DNA of 64,000 nucleotides from a virus (lineage: Duplodnaviria > Caudoviricetes): positions 32,001-96,000 of IMG/VR virus record IMGVR_UViG_3300009031_000221, one strand, 5' to 3'. Each line of letters starts with the position of its first letter. Positions within the stretch are counted from its first letter, which is position 1. Shown here piece after piece: positions 57,114-64,000 of the stretch. A program made the translations under genes and the position numbers. Below the pieces are notes generated by a model. It was given only the letters and a program-made list of their open reading frames with translations, was not told the DNA's origin and ran no database searches.

Positions 57114-57808
57114 TAGCGACCTCCCCCGCCCGCAGAGGCTAACGATGAAATCCTATCCCACGATGCTGTCATTCCTTGAGCGCCACGTCCCGATGTCTCC
57201 AGGCTGAACCCCGTACGAAATCTCTGAACTTCCTCAGCAATAAGGAAGTTCGCCGTCACTGAAAACTGGTAGGGCTTGGATGAATCCTCTGTCACGTTGA
57301 AATTGGAAAACCACCCCAAGTAAATCCCACCATCGAACGTAATCTTGATGATCCCCTGGAATACAGTCTTGCCCGTTGTATCCGTAATGCTTGCACCATT
57401 CAGATATAGCGCAAGCATGTCTAGATACTTATCGTGCGATATGGTTTCCCGACGATTGCCTTTCGTATCAATCGCACCGGGGCCTCCTGTGACATTGGAC
57501 AATCCAGAGTAGAGGCGCATGAAGCCTCCCGTCGCAATATTGAAGTCGATAGTCTTTGCGGCGTCCCCCCAATGTTGTTCAACGTACCCCCCTCGAGTCT
57601 GTGTCCGTTCGATAGTCTTGGCATAGTTCATTGCCATCGATTGAGGGTTGACGTGAAGTACCATCTTCATTCCATCGGGAAGGATGCTAGTCTCCCAGTC
57701 CGGCGCCAGGATATCGAACACCACAGGCTTCTTGCCTGTCCCGTTGAACTCGTCATCCGCCGAGTTGAACGCTGATCGAAACAATGGAATTGCACCACTA
57801 CGAGCCAT
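57113..57808 (-). CDS. Tube-initiator/baseplate-tube junction protein, 231 aa
   Basis: MVLHVNPQSMAMNYAK...QHWGDAAKTIDFNIATG...IYLGWFSNFNVTED...YQFSVTANF; directly after the tape measure gene. Confidence 0.75.
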   Translation of the reverse strand: MARSGAIPLFRSAFNSADDEFNGTGKKPVVFDILAPDWETSILPDGMKMVLHVNPQSMAMNYAKTIERTQTRGGYVEQHWGDAAKTIDFNIATGGFMRLYSGLSNVTGGPGAIDTKGNRRETISHDKYLDMLALYLNGASITDTTGKTVFQGIIKITFDGGIYLGWFSNFNVTEDSSKPYQFSVTANFLIAEEVQRFRTGFSLETSGRGAQGMTASWDRISSLASAGGGGR

Positions 57809-57813
57809 CTAAA

Positions 57814-60800
57814 TTACCTCCCCACCATTTCCATTGCATCCTTGATCATCTTCGGCACACTCACATCATGATAAACGTGAATGTTGATGATGCTTCCTCC
57901 ACCGCCTCCCTTGGACAGAGGTCCTCCAGGCTTGCCAAATGCCACCGTATCCCCCGCATCAGGAATGATGACCCGACCGCTGGGAGTCATGACGGCATCG
58001 TGAACCGGAACTTTATTCCCCATTGCGCCTTGAATTTGGGCTTGATACTTCATAGCAGTATCCAGAGCATCTCCGCTTACCGCCTTGTTCGTCGCTAGAG
58101 CCAATGCATCATCCGGGGATATTGTGCCTCCCGCACCAGATACCGCGGATACGATAGCCGCCGCCCGGGCTGAATCCGCCAAGGATTTATCAAATGCCTC
58201 TTTGAAACTGTCCGTAATCTTAGGGATCCGGTTGTCATCGATCTTCTTTGTACGTCCTTCGGATGCCTTTAGTGCGGCGTCTTCTAATTTCTTTTGCTCT
58301 TCAGGGGTTAGGATAGCGGATAGTTTTTCTTCCGCGCCTTCACCCTGAAGTCCAAATCTACTGGCCCCCCTACTCACCGCTAGATCTTCTTTCGCCTGCC
58401 TTAGATTAGCAGTTTCAATCCAGTCGAGTTTCTTCAATTTCGATTTGCGGTCGAATTCCCCAGGGCCTCCTGTTGTTGTTGTGTCCGCCGCAATAACCCT
58501 CTTCTGTTCCCGAAGCTCTGCAATCTTCGCCTTCATACCTAACTTGACCGATTGTATTTGCGGACCTTCCCCCATCTTCTTAGTCAAAGCTTCGATTTGT
58601 TTATCCAGAGAAGACATAGCATCAGCCTTCGCCTTCTTGTCCCCCTTATCCTGTCCACCCATGAACCAGTTGACAAAGCTACTAAGGGTTTCATTGATGC
58701 TCATCAACAAGGACTCAATGACTGTATCCATCTTGTCCGAAATGCTCTGCGTATTATCCACGACCTGTTTTGCCCGTTGCTGGTCATCGGTCAACTGAGC
58801 CTTCATTTCGTCTGCCGTTTTCTTCTGTTCCTCCATAGCATTGAGATACAGCTTGTTGAAAGTGGCCTCATCCTTGCCCGACAAATCCTGCCCTTGCATA
58901 TCAACCAGCTTTCCGGTTTCATCGATCATTACCCTGAACAGTTTGCCTTGAGTTTCATTGAAATTCTTGATGTCCGCAGCACTTCCTTTGCCCCCACTCA
59001 ATGCGGCAGCGTTGGTCTGCATACCGGTCACATTACGTGCAACCCCAACAGCGTTAGCTCTTGCTTCTGGAGACATACCGCTAAGCTTGTCCGCTGCAAT
59101 ATTGCTCGTCAAATCTTTCTGACTTATCTGGTCTAACCTCTTGCCCAATACTCCTGCAAGGCTATACAACTTCGCCAATCCTGTTTCAGCAGGCCCAAAT
59201 TCCGACATAGCAGCAACTGTCCCCCCCTTCGTCAGCGCCAGAGAAGACTGCTGCTGTGCCGCGAACTGCGTACCTAACGTACTCTTAATACCGTTCAATG
59301 CTGCGGTTAACGCATCCGTTTGATCCTGTGTTAGTTTGCTGCTTCTCTTAGCGAATTCATCCGCCGATAGTGCCTCCCCCTGTGCCCCTGTCAACCCCGC
59401 TTTCTGCAAAACAGCCCTCACCATATCCGCTTGTGCCCCGCCAACACCACCCGCAGTTTCCTGAAATGCACCGGCAGCCCTTGTTGCCCGTAATGCCCCA
59501 ATAGCTTGTGCCCTGCCTCCCCCCATCTTCATTTTCATCAGTAACCGATCTTCGGTACTTGTATCCTTAAACCCCTTAGCCATATCAGCCGCCATTTCAG
59601 CGCCCTTCTTTGGCCCCATTATTTTGCCCAAAGTCGTTAACATGCCCAATGTTTCAGACAGTCTAACGTTGTACATGGCCATACCAGATGTTAGCTGCAA
59701 CACCATCCCAAAGAATCGTTTGGTACCAAATGCGGATTCCTTTGCAGCAGCCGCAATCTCCGAATACTTCTCCCTCACACTCTCCAAGCTCCTGCCCGTC
59801 TCTTCCGCCATGGATGCCATATCACCCGCTATCTTTCCGGCGCTCTCCCCAAACAGTTTCGAATAAATCAACGCCTGCTTATTGGCATCCTGCAATCTCT
59901 GTGTTGCAAGAGTTTGATCATCAATATCCCCCGTAAGCTCTCGTATCGTCATACCTGCATCGCCCCAAGCGTTCAGGATTTCCACGTTCTCCTTAGCAGA
60001 TGTCCCCCACTCCAAATTGAATTTCAGAGCCTCCCCTAATCCCGAAAATGCCCCTCGAAGTATCCCTAGATTTGTATCCATGTCCCCAACAATATCATTG
60101 GCGGACACCCCTCCGGCTAGAATCTCTTTGTTCAATTCCTTGATCTTCGCATCCGCATCCAATACAACCTTCACAATAGCGGCGAATCCAAGGGCTATGC
60201 CCCCAATAGCTATCAGGGCGGGCCCAAGGCCGGATAGCACCTTGCCAAGGCTTGCCATCGCCGCACCTCCAGCACCCCCAGCCGTATTGGTTTCCATAGC
60301 TGTAGTGCCCTTAGTGGCCAACGCCCCCGCCTTCTTGAACATATTGCCAAACATTCCGATATCTTTACCCGCAACATCCTTGAAAGCCCCGTGAATTCCA
60401 TCCCCGAAACTCTGGGCCATATCTCCGGCGCCCTTCAATGATTCCTGCCACATCTTCCGATCAGCAATAGTTCTACGAGCCGCAATAAGACGTTTTCCAA
60501 TTTTTTCGACGTGTTCCTCCTCTATGGAAAATGACTTATCCAATGCGGCTAGATGAGATTCCGCTATCTTCTTTTCCTGTTCCAACCTACTGCGGAGCCT
60601 GTCATCGTCATGCGCCATCTCGATACGATGGTTTATACCTTCAGCCCGTGCCTGAGCCTCCTTCATCTTGTCAACAGTATTCTTGAGTCCCTTGCCCATC
60701 CGGGCTAGAGCCTTTGCGTCAAAGAATGATTCCGCGGCCTTTCCTAGAATACGGGAAGCATCAGCAGCAGCTTTCTCCGCCACTTTCTGCATCTGCTTGG

Positions 60801-60843
60801 ACATGCCAGCAGTGAACATATGGCCTTCATCTAAACCCGCCAT
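57814..60843 (-). CDS. Tail tape measure protein, 1009 aa
   Basis: Ala/Gly/Lys/Met-rich and predominantly helical; hydrophobic segment LIAIGGIALGFAAIVKVVL; located after the chaperones and before the baseplate genes. Confidence 0.85.
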   Translation of the reverse strand: MAGLDEGHMFTAGMSKQMQKVAEKAAADASRILGKAAESFFDAKALARMGKGLKNTVDKMKEAQARAEGINHRIEMAHDDDRLRSRLEQEKKIAESHLAALDKSFSIEEEHVEKIGKRLIAARRTIADRKMWQESLKGAGDMAQSFGDGIHGAFKDVAGKDIGMFGNMFKKAGALATKGTTAMETNTAGGAGGAAMASLGKVLSGLGPALIAIGGIALGFAAIVKVVLDADAKIKELNKEILAGGVSANDIVGDMDTNLGILRGAFSGLGEALKFNLEWGTSAKENVEILNAWGDAGMTIRELTGDIDDQTLATQRLQDANKQALIYSKLFGESAGKIAGDMASMAEETGRSLESVREKYSEIAAAAKESAFGTKRFFGMVLQLTSGMAMYNVRLSETLGMLTTLGKIMGPKKGAEMAADMAKGFKDTSTEDRLLMKMKMGGGRAQAIGALRATRAAGAFQETAGGVGGAQADMVRAVLQKAGLTGAQGEALSADEFAKRSSKLTQDQTDALTAALNGIKSTLGTQFAAQQQSSLALTKGGTVAAMSEFGPAETGLAKLYSLAGVLGKRLDQISQKDLTSNIAADKLSGMSPEARANAVGVARNVTGMQTNAAALSGGKGSAADIKNFNETQGKLFRVMIDETGKLVDMQGQDLSGKDEATFNKLYLNAMEEQKKTADEMKAQLTDDQQRAKQVVDNTQSISDKMDTVIESLLMSINETLSSFVNWFMGGQDKGDKKAKADAMSSLDKQIEALTKKMGEGPQIQSVKLGMKAKIAELREQKRVIAADTTTTGGPGEFDRKSKLKKLDWIETANLRQAKEDLAVSRGASRFGLQGEGAEEKLSAILTPEEQKKLEDAALKASEGRTKKIDDNRIPKITDSFKEAFDKSLADSARAAAIVSAVSGAGGTISPDDALALATNKAVSGDALDTAMKYQAQIQGAMGNKVPVHDAVMTPSGRVIIPDAGDTVAFGKPGGPLSKGGGGGSIINIHVYHDVSVPKMIKDAMEMVGR

Positions 60844-60845
60844 AG

Positions 60846-62039
60846 CTAATCCTCCCCTACACTGAATGTCACCTGACGGTTCGCAATTTGCTCATCCAAG
60901 GACATACGTTCTTCCGGGTCTACAATCGCAATCCGTCCATCTTCAGTGCCCCGAAGTGCTCCAGGATCTGCACCCCGCTCTAAGTACTTCTTATAGAGGT
61001 GATCGCGAACCCCGTTCATCCCAGCGCCAACCTGACGAACTCCGGGTGACCCAGGATTCCTATCCTTCAGGATATCCGCCAACTGTTCAGGGGTGTAGCC
61101 AACCAACTGCACAGGTTCGCCCGACTCTTGTTCATGCAATTCCGCCAAAGCCGCTGCCCGTTCCGCAGCCTCAACCTTGTGTTGTTCGTAATTGTTGACG
61201 ATCCGTTGCTTGTAATTATTGACAACTTGATCGTGCCAGTCATCCGACCCGGAAACCCAGTTGTGCATTTCCTGAGCCAAATCATCGGCGGACTTGGAAC
61301 CCATGAGGTTTGGATTGACATCATTCTTGGATGAATCCTTGGTCAGGGGTTTCATCACACCCTTGCATACGTAATAGAACCTATCTAGGATCGCCTGCCT
61401 ACGATCCTTTTCTAGCTGCCGAGTTTGGCGATCCCGGTCATCAATCTTCTTGACACCCTTGGGAGCTTGTGCAGATGTGACCAGCTTGAATCCTTCCCAC
61501 ATAGATTCATCCGCTACCTTCGTATCCTCCGTGATGTTGTAGAATGTCCACAACCGTTGGACATGATTGGTTCCAAGCTGATCAAACCCTGAATGCTTCG
61601 CTGAAATATGCCCGCCATATGAACGCCACTTGTAACGGGACGTAGATTCATACGTATATGCCTCTACAGCCTCTATGGCCTTATTGACTCGACCGAACAA
61701 GCTGAGAACTACGTTGAACATGATCTGTCGGACATTCTTAGGCAATTTACGCAACAACTTGGCGATTGCTGGAGGGGCATGTACCTCCCCCAGCAAGTTG
61801 TAGCCATTGACCATCCAGGTAGCCGTTGCGATAGCCCACGTACGCCATTCATCATTCGAAGCATTGTGTATACGATGCCGAAGGATGAATTGATCCCCAG
61901 GATTTAGGGACCGCAAAGAAATCGCTATCCCCTGGATAGTGATCGATTGCGATAGAAACCCATAGTCAATAAGGGACTCAACATCATCGTAAAGAGATGC
62001 CCTTTGCTCTGGAGTCGTATTTGGCAGCATCCCTTGCAT
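60846..62039 (-). CDS. Tail/hub assembly chaperone-like protein, 397 aa
   Basis: Immediately upstream of the tape measure gene; N-terminus (SITIQGIAISLRSLNPGD) resembles that of 62053..63207 (VFDVNGTPITLKMLLPEE). Confidence 0.55.
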   Translation of the reverse strand: MQGMLPNTTPEQRASLYDDVESLIDYGFLSQSITIQGIAISLRSLNPGDQFILRHRIHNASNDEWRTWAIATATWMVNGYNLLGEVHAPPAIAKLLRKLPKNVRQIMFNVVLSLFGRVNKAIEAVEAYTYESTSRYKWRSYGGHISAKHSGFDQLGTNHVQRLWTFYNITEDTKVADESMWEGFKLVTSAQAPKGVKKIDDRDRQTRQLEKDRRQAILDRFYYVCKGVMKPLTKDSSKNDVNPNLMGSKSADDLAQEMHNWVSGSDDWHDQVVNNYKQRIVNNYEQHKVEAAERAAALAELHEQESGEPVQLVGYTPEQLADILKDRNPGSPGVRQVGAGMNGVRDHLYKKYLERGADPGALRGTEDGRIAIVDPEERMSLDEQIANRQVTFSVGED

Positions 62040-62052
62040 TCATTGCCATCCG

Positions 62053-63207
62053 TTACAAAGGCTTCTTAGGAGGATTGAACCGGGGATTGACACCCTTGGG
62101 AGGAGGAGCCTTCTCCGGAGCCGGAACACGAGGCATATTAACCTCCTCGGGCGGGTTAATGCGGAATCCATCTACTCCGTCACGTTGACCCACATACTCA
62201 GGCTCCTCCAATACTCGAGCATCCATATGAGGTGCGCGACGAATTGATGTCAACAATGACGGAACTTCCTGTTGGGGTTGCCCGGAAGCAGCTTGACGCT
62301 GACGCATCAACCGGATGTTCTCGGCCTGAATCGCTTCATCCATGGAACCCGAGTCCGCAGAATCTACGAACGAGTCAGGGACATCCATTCCGGCAACGTA
62401 GTGTCCCGCATCAGGTACTGGCGGCGGGGGAGGTCGAGGAGGTTGAACCTGAGGACGTGCCTGAGGGGTTGCAACCGGAGGGATCGAGGAACGGCGTGCC
62501 TGAGGGACTTGCGGGGCTACAGGGGCAGGTTCCGGCTCAATGTGGGTTGCCTGAACGGGTTCTGCTTGTGCAGGCACCTCCTCCGTAATGAACGCTTCCT
62601 CACGGACACGTTGCTTACGGGCATCCTCATCCGCAACAGCCCGAACCATCTTGGACATGTCGTTCTCAAGACTCTTCGCATGGGCATCCCGAGTTTCCTT
62701 CAATGAAGCAACCCGGCTTTCCAACCGCTCGATCTCCTCATCAATATCCGAAGGATCGAACTTGATGGCGAGTTCCGCTTGGCGTTCTACTTGGGTAACC
62801 AGTTCCGTGTACTTACGGAACATTGCCAACCGGACAGGGTTCGACCACTTCATGATGATCTTTCGCAATGCCAGGACACGGGATACCTTGACAGCCGTAC
62901 CGTTGGGCAATTTCTCCCCGGTCTCGACGTAATCAACATCCCGCAAATCCTGGGCGCCAATTGCAATAATGCAATGCGATAGAATTCCGAGCTTGAATCG
63001 CTCCAGGTATTCCATAGCATTGCCACGTCCTTCTTCCCCTTCAGGGGACAGGACATAATTAGCGAATTTCTGAACTTCAGCTTCCTCTTCTGGGAGGAGC
63101 ATTTTCAAAGTGATAGGAGTGCCGTTCACGTCAAAGACGCTTTCACCCTTACCTACTTCTTCAATGGGAGCTAACGCTAGCTCCAGGGCTTCCAATGTAA
63201 TCTGCAT
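62053..63207 (-). CDS. Tail assembly chaperone-like protein with Pro/Gln-rich disordered C-terminus, 384 aa
   Basis: Follows the tube gene; acidic N-terminal domain, coiled coil, then a low-complexity tail. Confidence 0.6.
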   Translation of the reverse strand: MQITLEALELALAPIEEVGKGESVFDVNGTPITLKMLLPEEEAEVQKFANYVLSPEGEEGRGNAMEYLERFKLGILSHCIIAIGAQDLRDVDYVETGEKLPNGTAVKVSRVLALRKIIMKWSNPVRLAMFRKYTELVTQVERQAELAIKFDPSDIDEEIERLESRVASLKETRDAHAKSLENDMSKMVRAVADEDARKQRVREEAFITEEVPAQAEPVQATHIEPEPAPVAPQVPQARRSSIPPVATPQARPQVQPPRPPPPPVPDAGHYVAGMDVPDSFVDSADSGSMDEAIQAENIRLMRQRQAASGQPQQEVPSLLTSIRRAPHMDARVLEEPEYVGQRDGVDGFRINPPEEVNMPRVPAPEKAPPPKGVNPRFNPPKKPL

Positions 63208-63210
63208 CTG

Positions 63211-63242
63211 TTGCTTTCCCCTTCAAATTCTGAGGGAAGCAA
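63211..63242 (-). promoter_or_regulatory. Hairpin occluding the RBS of 62053..63207
   Basis: mRNA UUGCUUCCCUCA-GAAUU-UGAAGGGGAAAGCAA, ending 3 nt before the AUG; about 12 bp with bulges. Confidence 0.5.
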
Positions 63243-63341
63243 CCTCGGTCATTGGCCTGGACAGCGCAAAGATGCCGTAAATTCCGTTGAGTTCAAATCT
63301 ATTTAACCATCTCCGTAGAGAGGAAGTTAGCTCAAGCGGTT

Positions 63342-63369
63342 CATCTATCGAGTCATTGGGTCTGTCAAG
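63342..63369 (-). promoter_or_regulatory. Candidate sigma70-like promoter TTGACA-N15-TAGATG
   Basis: Lies in the 217-nt gap after the tube gene; CTTGAC-N16-TAGAT has the same geometry as CTTACT-N16-TAGAT of the island motif. Confidence 0.3.
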
Positions 63370-63424
63370 CCACCGGGGCTGCTATCCATCTATATCACCA
63401 AATCAACCTACTTGGATGATTGGA

Positions 63425-64000
63425 TTACTGAACGAACGCCGAAACCGCACCACCACCCGTGATACCACTACCAGCCTGAGAAACCTTGTATCCACCGCCC
63501 TGTGCGAAGCGGATAGAACCAAGCTGCCCAATGGTCGGGTCATTACCGGTTGCCAAGAACTCACCATACACGCTAGCGAAGTCATGAACATCCGAAATCG
63601 TGATATCCCCGGTCTCCATGATATAGCCCTGATCCTTCGTAAAGGTCGTGCTCCATGAGTTGAACCAGCACGCTTCATAGATGGTAATAATGGCGCTATG
63701 CCCGCGATTAGCTCCAGGCATACCCCCCTTGATGCCGCCCTTAGCAGTATTCGGGGTAACTTGCGGGAAGCTAACAGGCTTCACACCGCCGTCGAATGCT
63801 CCGGAAGTACCTTGGTGTCCCGTATTCGCGGCACCAATATCAAGATCCGCCAGTGTTGAAAATACGAGTTGCTGTTCCATATCGAAGGGCCACTTGTGGT
63901 GAGCCAACGAACGCACCGGGCCATCTACACCGCCAGCATAACCAGCAGCCTGCCACAGGTTGCATAGGTACAACAAGGCACGCTCAAATGAACCCGTCGT
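63425..64000 (-). CDS. Tail tube protein, 5'-partial
   Basis: Frame open to the window edge (TTGSFERALLYLCNLWQ...); RSLAHHKWPFDMEQQ and ITIYEACWFNSWSTTF...IMETGDITISDV fit contractile tail tube proteins; located upstream of the chaperones and tape measure. Confidence 0.8.
   Translation of the reverse strand, partial: TTGSFERALLYLCNLWQAAGYAGGVDGPVRSLAHHKWPFDMEQQLVFSTLADLDIGAANTGHQGTSGAFDGGVKPVSFPQVTPNTAKGGIKGGMPGANRGHSAIITIYEACWFNSWSTTFTKDQGYIMETGDITISDVHDFASVYGEFLATGNDPTIGQLGSIRFAQGGGYKVSQAGSGITGGGAVSAFVQ

Larger units (their letters stand above)
1..64000 (-). mobile_element. Contractile tail morphogenesis module of a probable jumbo myophage (partial; continues beyond both edges)
   Basis: Co-oriented genes in the canonical myophage order tube-chaperones-tape measure-initiators-hub-spike-gp25-J-I-fibres; about 20,500 codons of structural genes; many TAATG/ATGA overlaps; no housekeeping genes. 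Confidence 0.85.

Noticed and set aside
62030-62070. Programmed -1 frameshift fusing the two chaperone genes
   Set aside because: The downstream ORF is in the +1 frame, has a stop directly before its ATG, and no slippery heptamer is visible.
6698-63902. Longer plus-strand ORFs (6698..7426, 15583..16281, 39629..40378, 58552..59136) as nested genes
   Set aside because: Fully antisense to large structural genes; no island-type motif, RBS or recognisable domain.
1-64000. Stop-codon reassignment
   Set aside because: TAA, TAG and TGA all end genes at sensible junctions, and coding density is near-complete under code 11.

Overview
Almost the whole window (about 62 of 64 kb) is one minus-strand, tightly coupled tail-morphogenesis region of a contractile-tailed particle, most likely a jumbo myophage. 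Read from the right edge, the order is: tail tube (partial), two chaperone-like genes, tape measure, two tube-initiator-like paralogues, hub with an inserted lysozyme/transglycosylase domain, gp5/gpV-like spike, a three-fold-repeat protein, a 3723-aa megaprotein, three unknown helical proteins, gp25-like, baseplate J-like and gpI-like wedge genes, then about 26 kb of fibre, adaptor and tailspike genes. The last of these (3903 to <1) runs off the left edge and is missing from the ORF track. No capsid, terminase or sheath gene lies in the window, so a phage-derived contractile injection system is not formally excluded, although the gene order is phage-like. The one break in the operon is a 2-kb plus-strand, GC-richer island (4849-6746) of three envelope-targeted genes that resemble myxobacterial proteins. 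Each has its own copy of an exactly spaced motif, CTTACT-N11-CAGCGTAGAT, followed by a stem-loop and an RBS, and the island points head-on into the tailspike gene. All product calls come from motif recognition by eye; no database searches were run.
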